From contig JALGVI010000012.1 of NCBI GenBank assembly GCA_029838215.1, positions 30,357-94,356 of the forward strand: DNA of 64,000 bases, read 5' to 3'. Below are positions 48,545-57,411 of this stretch, one piece after another. Every line of letters starts with the position of its first letter. The stretch's first letter is position 1. The notes below the pieces were generated by a model. The model saw only the letters and a list, made by a program, of their open reading frames with translations, was not told the origin of the DNA and made no database searches. The translations under genes were made by a program, and so were the position numbers. Source of the DNA: Candidatus Helarchaeota archaeon. Lineage in GTDB: Archaea > Asgardarchaeota > Lokiarchaeia > Helarchaeales > RDOG01.

Positions 48545-48846
48545 CTCTTTGGTGCTTTTTCGTGGGCCTTCTTGAATTTATCTTCAAAATCATCAAGTTG
48601 AGATAAGAGTGATTCACATGCTTTTTTCAGGGCTTCCCGGGCTGATTCCTTGCCGTTAGTCTTAACATATAATTTAGGATTGGGCGAAAGGGGATGTTCA
48701 ATAGAATATCCTGCAGTTACAACATTTTCATCCTTGAATAGTTCTTCCCGCAAGCCAACCATGAGGGTATGTCCTTCACCAAAGACTTGAACTTCTAAAA
48801 TATCATTTCCTTCTTCCGTGATGATCTTTACATCCATCTGCATCAC
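48541..48846 (-). CDS. rpoL: RNA polymerase subunit Rpo11 (RpoL)
   Basis: GEGHTL...AGYSIEHPL. Confidence 0.95.
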   Translation of the reverse strand: MMQMDVKIITEEGNDILEVQVFGEGHTLMVGLREELFKDENVVTAGYSIEHPLSPNPKLYVKTNGKESAREALKKACESLLSQLDDFEDKFKKAHEKAPKS

Positions 48847-48958
48847 TCAACGTCATCAAAAACGAAGATCTTTTATTAAGATAATAAACGGCTATTATAA
48901 ATATTTTCACGGAATTATTGAAATCATAAAAAATCAGAAACTTACAGGGTATCTTTTC

Positions 48959-49180
48959 ATGGCTAGGACAACCACGAAAGAAATAAGCTTTTTTATTGAA
49001 AATCCAACAGAGCAAGAAGCCTTCCTAAAAGAAGTTAAAAAGAAGATTAAATTTATTGACCTTCAAATATCATTCAAACATCAAAAAATTAACATTACCT
49101 TAAGAGGTGCTCGTGAACGCGTCTTGTATGCAATGAGCATGATAAAGAAAATCCGAGAAAATATCGGGTTTGCAAGTTAG
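48959..49180 (+). CDS. Small hypothetical protein, weakly DUF2067 N-terminal-like
   Basis: ATG 48959 within ORF 48818..49180; SFFIENPTEQEAFL...INITLRG; next to rpoL. Confidence 0.4.
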   Translation: MARTTTKEISFFIENPTEQEAFLKEVKKKIKFIDLQISFKHQKINITLRGARERVLYAMSMIKKIRENIGFAS

Positions 49181-49314
49181 ATATAAATTAAAAGACGAGG
49201 GAAAGCCACTGGAGCACCCAATATTTCGGTGAAATATGATAAGGGATCTACCAATTCTTCTTTTTGTATTTCTCCCGAAATCGTTGAAAAATCTTGTAGA
49301 GAAAAAATGAAGAA

Positions 49315-50406
49315 TTATAATGGAGAAAAAGAAATTCTTTGACGATTATTATTCGGTAGTTCTTCCACTAAGCCACATTTAAAATTCAATTTTTTCAAGT
49401 CTTCAGCTAATTCTGTCAAAACTTCCCAAGCTACTTCCACACGACTTTTGTTCTCATTTTTAAAAATGAGATCATCAGGGACTTGATATTCTTCTTGAAG
49501 CAGTCTTATTATTTCGTCCATTTCTGCTGAAGATACGTCTTCTATAAGTCCAAAATATAACAAGCCATCGGTTGTTACTGTTTCATGAGGCTTCCGGATG
49601 ATCTTAGCCGTTCTGAGCATTCTATTTTTAAATTGAACTGAGTCTTTAAGTGCAGATGGACAATAATGGATGATGACTCCGGTGTTTAATCTTGCCCATT
49701 CCAAAATTCTAAGAACCAGTTCTTCGGAACCCGCGGCACCTGCAATGGAATCATCCTTTAATACAAAACCACGTTTTTTCAAGCTTGATGCATTGGGTTC
49801 ACAAATTTCTAATTCATTGATGTTTAAAAACGCACCATCGATTTTATCTAAAAAGAGAATCAATTTTTTCAAGTATTCTTCACGAATTGCAGGCACTTCA
49901 GCTCCCACACGAAGACCCATTTCACGAGCAACTTGAATGTTTTTCCACATTGTTTCAGGTAAGTGGAACCGAATCTCATCGAGTCCCGCTTCTTTCAGTT
50001 CCTTGAATAAAGATGCTTTCAGGTGAGGACCGGCACTGGTATAAAGATGCACGTGAAATTCGGAACCGAATTCGTTTTTTAATAAAGAAAGGTAATGGAG
50101 TACCAAGTCTTTTCGAATTAATGGTTCTCCACCTGTAAAACCCGCTCCCAATGCATTCATTCTCCTGACCTCTTGAATCACATCGTCATCGTTCAACACG
50201 AGCCGATCATTTGCAAGAGTTATTGGTTTATCTTTTCGGTTCTCTGAAAGGGGACAATAAAAATTACAAAAAGAAGGATTGAAACATCGTCCCGTGATGA
50301 ACAAGACCATTTTCGCACCTTTGATGCATAGTTGGCATCCGAGCGGTAGTTCTTTCCCAACCAGAAGCGAATTGCCTTCGGTTGTCTTGATTTCTCTCAT
50401 CGGCAT
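49315..50406 (-). CDS. Radical SAM protein (COG2108-like)
   Basis: LGCQLCIKGAKMVLFITGRC...CNFYCP, TGGEP, LDEIRFH. Confidence 0.88.
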   Translation of the reverse strand: MPMREIKTTEGNSLLVGKELPLGCQLCIKGAKMVLFITGRCFNPSFCNFYCPLSENRKDKPITLANDRLVLNDDDVIQEVRRMNALGAGFTGGEPLIRKDLVLHYLSLLKNEFGSEFHVHLYTSAGPHLKASLFKELKEAGLDEIRFHLPETMWKNIQVAREMGLRVGAEVPAIREEYLKKLILFLDKIDGAFLNINELEICEPNASSLKKRGFVLKDDSIAGAAGSEELVLRILEWARLNTGVIIHYCPSALKDSVQFKNRMLRTAKIIRKPHETVTTDGLLYFGLIEDVSSAEMDEIIRLLQEEYQVPDDLIFKNENKSRVEVAWEVLTELAEDLKKLNFKCGLVEELPNNNRQRISFSPL

Positions 50407-50420
50407 CGAATATTCTTTTT

Positions 50421-51566
50421 TTATAGAAAAACCGTGTTTCGTCCGACTCCCATTGAAATGATTTTTGATTTATCCAACTTTTGAGGTTTGGTTTCGTGGT
50501 TCACGTCAAGGTAAACGCCTTTTAGAAATTCGTCGAACGTAAGGTTTAAATCATCCGGTTTTACAAAATCACCTTTGGGATATTTCTTCTTAAATCGGAT
50601 GTTTGGATCTTTCTTCCTTATGTTCGGAAATTCACAATTTAATGTCTGATTTGGAAATGGAACGCCTTCATTCAAGATTTGATCCTTGTATATGTTAACA
50701 ACGTGGGGTGCACCATTTCTCAGGATTTCAAGATTTCGCGGTTCAAAGGGTTGCAAGTAGAAAGCCATATTTGTTGATAATGAAGCTAATTTTGAAATAA
50801 ACGTGGATCGACCTTGATAGAAGAATAAATTGAATGCAGACGGATATGGATGAATTACAAATGTATAATCGGGCAAACCGTATTTTTCCTTACTTGCCCA
50901 ACCATCATATGTCTCTCCAATGCCTTCATAATTGCTGGGAATCCACATCAAGTTGATAGCCCAACTCGAAATGACCGTGGCGACATAATAATCTGAACCG
51001 GACCATTGAGGTGTGCGTTCGTTTCGCATGTCACGACACACGTCTTCAAGGTACTTGGCCGCTTTTCCTTGATCTTTGACGCGACGTGGTATTTCTTTCA
51101 ATTTATAACCGAGTTTCAGGTGTCGTCTGTCCAAGATTTCATCGTTTTGACGGATCATGTACCAATCAACGGGAATACCATCTTCAATATGGACATTTAG
51201 TAATAGAAGAAGCTCGGAGTTATAATCATGAAGTACCGCAAACGTGAAATCGACACTATCGCCTCCGAGTAATTTTTGCATTCCTATAACTAGGTCGCTA
51301 CGAATCACCAAAGATGGAATGGCCGCAGAATAAGAAAGAACCTTTTCAGGTGGTGAGATTTTGCCTTCAATGACATCTTTTACCGTGTAGATTGATTCGT
51401 TCAATCGAGTCTCGAAAAAGGCGAAAATCGCATCGTCGCCCATGACATCGTAATTGTCCACGCCTTCCCATCCTAATTGTTCATATACTCGCCATAGGAA
51501 CGAAAAAAGCGGCAAGTATGGTTTTACAAAAAGGTCGTCAGGCATTTCACCATAGGTATGAACCAT
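50421..51566 (-). CDS. Hypothetical protein, third gene of the FixC/FixX-like operon
   Basis: 381-aa ORF, 55 bp downstream of the ferredoxin on the same strand. Confidence 0.75.
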   Translation of the reverse strand: MVHTYGEMPDDLFVKPYLPLFSFLWRVYEQLGWEGVDNYDVMGDDAIFAFFETRLNESIYTVKDVIEGKISPPEKVLSYSAAIPSLVIRSDLVIGMQKLLGGDSVDFTFAVLHDYNSELLLLLNVHIEDGIPVDWYMIRQNDEILDRRHLKLGYKLKEIPRRVKDQGKAAKYLEDVCRDMRNERTPQWSGSDYYVATVISSWAINLMWIPSNYEGIGETYDGWASKEKYGLPDYTFVIHPYPSAFNLFFYQGRSTFISKLASLSTNMAFYLQPFEPRNLEILRNGAPHVVNIYKDQILNEGVPFPNQTLNCEFPNIRKKDPNIRFKKKYPKGDFVKPDDLNLTFDEFLKGVYLDVNHETKPQKLDKSKIISMGVGRNTVFL

Positions 51567-51621
51567 TTACTCACTTTCCTTACATATTATGATCATTCTC
51601 AAACTGAAAACCGTTTTCGCG

Positions 51622-51894
51622 TTAACCATTCAAATACACGACACCTGTTCCACCTGCGGGATACGAGAAATTTATTGCCCCAGCTTCACACACCGAGTAA
51701 CAGGCTCCACACTCAAGGCATTTTTTCTTATACTCATTGATAATGCTGGCAATGCCTCCACGCAGTCGCCACAAATTTACAATACAAACCAATGCACACT
51801 TTCCGCAGCCAACACACTTCGTGGTGTCTATGCTTATGAAGTCTCCAGGATCTCCAGGAGCTCTTTGACTGATTTCTTCTAATTCTATTTTCAT
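51622..51894 (-). CDS. FixX-like 2x[4Fe-4S] ferredoxin
   Basis: CVGCGKCALVC, CLECGACYSVC, YPAGGTGV. Confidence 0.9.
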   Translation of the reverse strand: MKIELEEISQRAPGDPGDFISIDTTKCVGCGKCALVCIVNLWRLRGGIASIINEYKKKCLECGACYSVCEAGAINFSYPAGGTGVVYLNG

Positions 51895-51908
51895 TCTTTA
51901 TTCGCTCC

Positions 51909-53309
51909 TTATTTTTTCTTTTTGGGCTGTAAATTTTCCAACATCTTTGTTATGAATGGTAGCATTGCAACATCCTCTCCAAAAATGTCAGTCATTAGCG
52001 GCATCCCGTATTTTTGCATGAATGGTAAGATTTCATGTAAACGATCTTGAACTGTTTTAAAAATCTGCCGAAAACGAACGATATGCGGTTCGCTCCAATC
52101 ATAGCCACCACCCCGAATTTCTATCCATAAGGGGATAAACCATTCCATGTTATTTTTCTCTGCCTGAGTGCTAAAGAATAGATTTCTCCAGAGCGTTTGC
52201 AGGCTTTCTCCTGCTTCAAACTCCACGCCGACTGATGATTTTTTCCATTTATCTTCATAGAGTTTTAATGCTTGTTTCGAAGTATCTCCATCTGCAATCG
52301 TTTTTATCGCGGTTTCGGCAGCAAGCTTGCCCGTTTCCATTGCAGGGAATACACCTTCAGCTTCCAGTGGGCAGGGAAATCCTCCTGCATCGCCAACAAG
52401 CAAAACATTATCCGTATATGTTTTTACGGGTTTAGCAGCCCAAGGCAATAAATGTGATTGTATTTCTCGCGGCTTTGCATCAATTGCCTTCATCATTCGC
52501 TGAAATGGTTTTGATGCGACTAACTTGTTTAAATGACTGATCGGATTCTTCGTCCATTGACCTAACCAGGAGCCCAAGCCAATGTGAAAACCATCGCCAA
52601 AGATGACTTGATATGCGGAGGGAAAATCAACGCCCCACCAGCATGCATCAGCAGCATCGGCGAGCACGCCATCGGGACCGTATATTTTATCAATTTTATC
52701 GCGATCAGCAGAAAAGTCGTATTGAGGAACAAGTGTAACTTGATTCGGAAGCCATCGCGGATTTAAACCCGACTTTTTACCTACAATCGAAAGCACGCCA
52801 TCAGCACCGATTATTATCTTTCCGAGTATCTTCTCACCTTTATCCGTTTGCACTCCAATGACCTTGCCTGCATCATTTTTTACCAAATTTTTTATTAGAA
52901 CAGAAGCCCTTAACTCGGCTCCTGCATCCGTTGCAAATTTTGCAAGCCATGGGTCAAACTCGGAACGATAAGCATTCATTGTAATGAACTGTTTTGCAGG
53001 TTCATATGTCACTGAGTCTGTCGGATAGTACATTTCAATGGCTCTTTCCCTCATGTCCTTGTCTAAATAATGATTCACCACGCATCCTGCCATTCGCATG
53101 GAAGGGACATTTTCAGGTGTTAATTCCTTCATCATTTCAGGAAATGTTCGCCACATTCGCGGTCCAAGTCCGCATCCCGACGCATTCTTTTCTCCAGGTT
53201 TGCGACCACGTTCGAAAAAGACCGTTTTTAAACCTGCTTCTGCGGCGACTTTTGCAGCCACAGATCCACCCGGACCTGCACCAACAATTATAACATCATA
53301 TTCTGTCAA
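51909..53309 (-). CDS. FixC/geranylgeranyl-reductase-family FAD oxidoreductase
   Basis: GAGPGGS, RSEFDPWLA, GADG, VGDAGG...AEGV. Confidence 0.88.
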   Translation of the reverse strand: MTEYDVIIVGAGPGGSVAAKVAAEAGLKTVFFERGRKPGEKNASGCGLGPRMWRTFPEMMKELTPENVPSMRMAGCVVNHYLDKDMRERAIEMYYPTDSVTYEPAKQFITMNAYRSEFDPWLAKFATDAGAELRASVLIKNLVKNDAGKVIGVQTDKGEKILGKIIIGADGVLSIVGKKSGLNPRWLPNQVTLVPQYDFSADRDKIDKIYGPDGVLADAADACWWGVDFPSAYQVIFGDGFHIGLGSWLGQWTKNPISHLNKLVASKPFQRMMKAIDAKPREIQSHLLPWAAKPVKTYTDNVLLVGDAGGFPCPLEAEGVFPAMETGKLAAETAIKTIADGDTSKQALKLYEDKWKKSSVGVEFEAGESLQTLWRNLFFSTQAEKNNMEWFIPLWIEIRGGGYDWSEPHIVRFRQIFKTVQDRLHEILPFMQKYGMPLMTDIFGEDVAMLPFITKMLENLQPKKKK

Positions 53310-53522
53310 ATAAATCCTCCTATTCTATCTTTAATTGTGAATTCGAAAAAATTCAAATAGCGGAATTTAGAATGCTCGTGTAGATTGAATATTTTATTTT
53401 TGATGTACTTCTTTTTAAGAACTAGGCTTCAATTGAAATTATCATGGTAATTTTTTATTCTGTTAACTTCATAAATATACAGGGACTAAGTTATTTATCA
53501 AAAAACTCATGAAAAGAGGAAC

Positions 53523-54275
53523 GTGGATCCATTTCCCATGAAAGAGTCTCATTTGGACGATATTAAAAAAAGAATGAGGGCAGTAGATCTATTAAGATTA
53601 CTAAAAAATTCGGGACGAACGTATCAATTTTTATCGGAGATAACGAATCTTCCCGTTACAGTCCTAAATCGATATGTGAAAGGTCACGTCCTTCCCAGCA
53701 CGGAGCGTTCTGCTCAATTAATGGAGCTTTTTAACAAGAAATTTGATTTGCCAAAGCTCGTAGAAGACACGATAAGCTTTGATAAAAATGGGCATTTGAA
53801 CAACATTGATTTACTGTCAAACGTTGATCTTTTGGGAATAATTGCAGAGTATGTTGCTCAGAAATTCTCAAACGATGGAGTAAACAAGATTCTTTCCGTA
53901 GCTGTAGATGGGATCCCAATTGCAACGTTAATAGCACGCGAAATGAAAGTAGAATTGGTATTTGCCAAGTCCAGAAAAGAAGTAGGGATCTCAAAATACA
54001 TGGAAGAAACGTATGCCCCTCGATCGTCGGGAGTCTTGACCACGTTTTATCTTCCAAAGAAGTCACTTGATAAGAAATCACGCGTGTTAATAGTCGATGA
54101 CATAATTCGTTCAGGCTTGACGCAACAATTATTGATCAACATGTGCAGGCGCGTGAATTGCGAGGTTGTTGGACTTTTTTTTATAATCTCAATTGGGTCT
54201 GAATGGAAATCAGTATTAAAAAAAGATGAAAAAACGAAACTTGAAATTCTCTTGGAATTGCAAGAGCCAAAATAA
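53523..54275 (+). CDS. HTH plus phosphoribosyltransferase (archaeal adenine PRT/PurR-like)
   Basis: N-terminal HTH (LNRYVKGHVLP); VLIVDDIIRSGLT PRPP-binding loop. Confidence 0.88.
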   Translation: MDPFPMKESHLDDIKKRMRAVDLLRLLKNSGRTYQFLSEITNLPVTVLNRYVKGHVLPSTERSAQLMELFNKKFDLPKLVEDTISFDKNGHLNNIDLLSNVDLLGIIAEYVAQKFSNDGVNKILSVAVDGIPIATLIAREMKVELVFAKSRKEVGISKYMEETYAPRSSGVLTTFYLPKKSLDKKSRVLIVDDIIRSGLTQQLLINMCRRVNCEVVGLFFIISIGSEWKSVLKKDEKTKLEILLELQEPK

Positions 54276-54278
54276 AAT

Positions 54279-55328
54279 TTATGGCATGATTTTTTTTATA
54301 TTTTCTTCATAGGGAGGGTAAATAATTCCACGTTCAGTTATTATTGCAGTTATCAGTTCAGGTGGTGTCATGTCGAAGGCAGGATTAAGCACGGGAACAC
54401 CTTTTGGAACGATTCGCTTGGTCACGCCCGGCATGAAATAGACTTCCCTTGGATCCCGGTCCTCGATTATGACTTCATCATAACTTTGCTCAAGATCAAA
54501 AGTGGATGTTGGAGCGGCCACGTAGAATGGTATGTTTCCGTGATATTTTGCCAGAACGGCAACAGAATAAGTGCCGATTTTATTGAAAACGTGTCCTGTT
54601 CGGACGATGCGATCTGCACCAACGATTATTTTATCGATCTTACCCTGAGCCATGAAGTGTCCCGCCATGTTATCGCAGATAACGGTCACGGGAATACCGT
54701 CATATTGTAATTCAAATGCCGTGAGTCGACTTCCCTGGAGTTTGGGTCTGGTTTCATCAGCAATGACTTCAACATGTTTTCCTTCATTCCACGCTGCACG
54801 AATAACGCCAAGAGCAGTCCCATATTTTACAGTTGCCAGACCTCCCGTATTGCAATGCGTTAAAACGACATCACCATCCTCAAATAGGATTTTTCCATTT
54901 TCACCAATGCTCTTATTCACACGAATGTCTTCATTTCTCATGTAATTTGCTTCTTCGATTATCTTTTTGCGTTTTTCCGTAATCGAAAGATCCATTTCGA
55001 CAATTGACATGATTCGATCAATTGCCCAAAAGAGATTGATTGCTGTTGGACGGGTCTTTCGTAGTCTGGCGGCGGCAATCTGCATTGTCGAATCAAAATG
55101 TTTATCGCCTGCTTGTAATGCGGCAAGTGCCAATCCCATTGCGGCTGCTACACCTATGGCAGGTGCTCCACGTACAGATAAATGCTCTATGGCAACGGCG
55201 ACCTGCTCCCAATTCCTACATTTCATGTAAGTTAATTTTCGAGGCAATTTGTTCTGATCAATTAATAAAACTGATTTAGATTTCTCATTCAGTGGAGAGA
55301 TGGCAGATAATTTGGAAAACTTTTCCAT
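54279..55328 (-). CDS. mtnA: S-methyl-5-thioribose-1-phosphate isomerase (eIF2B-alpha family)
   Basis: VRGAPAIG, TRPTAINL, LTHCNTG, ETRP..QG, NKIGTY, NPAFD; GGAGAGG SD before ATG 55328. Confidence 0.92.
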   Translation of the reverse strand: MEKFSKLSAISPLNEKSKSVLLIDQNKLPRKLTYMKCRNWEQVAVAIEHLSVRGAPAIGVAAAMGLALAALQAGDKHFDSTMQIAAARLRKTRPTAINLFWAIDRIMSIVEMDLSITEKRKKIIEEANYMRNEDIRVNKSIGENGKILFEDGDVVLTHCNTGGLATVKYGTALGVIRAAWNEGKHVEVIADETRPKLQGSRLTAFELQYDGIPVTVICDNMAGHFMAQGKIDKIIVGADRIVRTGHVFNKIGTYSVAVLAKYHGNIPFYVAAPTSTFDLEQSYDEVIIEDRDPREVYFMPGVTKRIVPKGVPVLNPAFDMTPPELITAIITERGIIYPPYEENIKKIMP

Positions 55329-55697
55329 TTTTTTTTCCTCTCCTTCAATATATTCTTGAATTAAATTCCATTCCGAAGCCAAGAATGATATGAATTTTGA
55401 TGCTAGAATTATATTTCATAATTTTAATAAAAACATGTTGTTTTTTTATTAAGATTATAACGGAATTATAAATTCTGCTAAAGACGTGTTACAAGGATGT
55501 CCGTGTTTTTTACATTCTGGACGGACAGACCTGACTCAGATCACACCCAAGCAATATCCGAGTTTTCTTTTGAAGAAGATTTATCATTAGTAGTGCCTAT
55601 CAAAAATGAGATTATTGATAAAACAGTTATATTTATATATTTTCGTTAATCATGGCAAATTAAAAATTCTTGAAAACTCACAATCTGGAATCTAAAA

Positions 55698-56630
55698 ATG
55701 ACCTACGATAATTTTTTCAAACAAGTCCTCTCAGATTTTTTATGCAGGTATGACATACATCAAGATGTTTCTGTCGGGAAGCTCCCTTTAAAGATCGATT
55801 TGGTCGTAAAACGTTTAAAAAATCCTCAAAAAGAAATGACGATTCCTTTGTTAGAAAGATATTTTAAGGATATTAACCTTATTGAATTTAAGAGCAGTCA
55901 TGACCGACCAAAAAAACAAGATTTAGCAAAACTTATTGGATATCTGGGCTTGTATTGTAATCAATATGGTCTCGGAATCGAGAATATTTGCACGCAATTC
56001 ACTCTTTGGTATATTTCGGCCCGACAACCATCATTTTTCAAGGAGCTCATAAAAAAGAAAATTCTTCTTAAAATGGATTATTCTGGATTTTATAGATTAC
56101 AGGTTTCTTTTCCATGTCCGTATTTTTTGTTGATAATAAATGAATTAAAGATTTCCGAGCAAAATTTACCTTTACTACTTCTTTCTTCGGGTGATACTTT
56201 AAAAAAGACCATCAGGCTAATGGTTCGAGAAGGAATTATCCAAAGATCTCCTCTCGAAAAGTATTTAAGCCTTGTATTTCTTATTAATTATAAGGAAGTG
56301 TGCGAAATGACCGAAATTAAAAGCAGGTTACCCGAAAGCGTGAGAGAAAACATACGGCTTGCTATAAAACATATTGGTATTAAAGAAGTCATCAATAAAC
56401 TCGGCTGGGATGAAATTATAAAGGAAGTCGGCTTGAAAGAACTGATCAAGGAAATCGGCTTGAAAGAACTGATCAAGGAAGTCGACTTGAAAGAACTGAT
56501 CAAGGAAGTCGACTTGAAAGAACTAATCAAGGAAGTTGACTTGAAAGAACTGATTAAATCCATTGGAATTGATAAAATAGATTCTATACTTGGTGAATTG
56601 AAAGAAGACTTAGAAGCAAAAAGAAAATGA
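55698..56630 (+). CDS. Rpn/YhgA-like PD-(D/E)xK nuclease with C-terminal tandem repeats
   Basis: YDNFFK, KIDLVV, LIEFKS catalytic pattern; repeated IKEVDLKEL. Confidence 0.65.
   Translation: MTYDNFFKQVLSDFLCRYDIHQDVSVGKLPLKIDLVVKRLKNPQKEMTIPLLERYFKDINLIEFKSSHDRPKKQDLAKLIGYLGLYCNQYGLGIENICTQFTLWYISARQPSFFKELIKKKILLKMDYSGFYRLQVSFPCPYFLLIINELKISEQNLPLLLLSSGDTLKKTIRLMVREGIIQRSPLEKYLSLVFLINYKEVCEMTEIKSRLPESVRENIRLAIKHIGIKEVINKLGWDEIIKEVGLKELIKEIGLKELIKEVDLKELIKEVDLKELIKEVDLKELIKSIGIDKIDSILGELKEDLEAKRK
56421..56555 (+). repeat. 5 x 27-bp tandem repeat (9-aa unit KE(V/I)(G/D)LKELI)
   Basis: aaggaagtcg(g/a)cttgaaagaactgatc units starting at 56421, 56448, 56475, 56502 and 56529. Confidence 0.95.
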
Positions 56631-56835
56631 ATTAATCAATGAAAAATTGCTTTATTCGAACACCTCATTGCTTAACAAAGAAACACATATTTCACTTCTT
56701 CTTGGGTTTGTTTGACCGGCGGTCGAATCTCTTCTATTGGGAGATAATTTTTTAAAAATCAAGAGCAAGATCGTAAAATTAACAAGTAGGATTAATAAAT
56801 TTCTAGTAAATCGAATTTTTCATGTTGAATTAATC

Positions 56836-57396
56836 ATGAATGAGAGTAATGATGTCCAAAAAGAAGAAATTGAACAAATACAGGTCACTTACGATGGAGA
56901 TACGTTAAGAATAACGGATCCTGAGAAGGCGGAAGCATTTTATAAAAAGGGTTTTTATGGAAACCTCCAAGAAGATGGACAACTAGTCCTTAGCATGGTT
57001 GAAACCCTTTTGAACCTTGAAAGACAGCGAATCTTCATTTTGGATGATAAAACAGGTGAGCCGCAAGGTTTTCAAGACATCGTAAAGAAATTTGTGAAGA
57101 AAGACAAAAATCTTTGGACAAAATATTTAGTATATAAAGATTTGAGAAACAGAGGATATGTCGTCCGCGAGGGTTTTTTAGAAAATACTTATCGCATTTA
57201 TGATCGTGGAGCTAAAGTAGGGGAAAAAACCTCAAAGTTCTTGGTATCGATCATTCTTGAAGGATTACCGCTGAAATTAACGGATCTCGAACAAATCGTG
57301 AAATCCTCCAAGAGCATGCGTAAGAATCTCGTGCTTGCAGTGATTGATCGACAAGGCGAGACGACATATTACAAGTGTTCTTCGGTAAACCTTTAA
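56836..57396 (+). CDS. endA: tRNA splicing endonuclease subunit, probably the structural (beta) subunit
   Basis: VYKDLRNRGYVV, RIY, MRK, LAVIDRQGETTYY; Thr at the catalytic His position. Confidence 0.85.
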   Translation: MNESNDVQKEEIEQIQVTYDGDTLRITDPEKAEAFYKKGFYGNLQEDGQLVLSMVETLLNLERQRIFILDDKTGEPQGFQDIVKKFVKKDKNLWTKYLVYKDLRNRGYVVREGFLENTYRIYDRGAKVGEKTSKFLVSIILEGLPLKLTDLEQIVKSSKSMRKNLVLAVIDRQGETTYYKCSSVNL

Positions 57397-57411
57397 TGGG
57401 GAGGAATTTGG

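Noticed and set aside
56421-56555. 27-bp repeats as a CRISPR array
   Set aside because: The units are contiguous with no spacers, keep the reading frame, and no cas genes are nearby.
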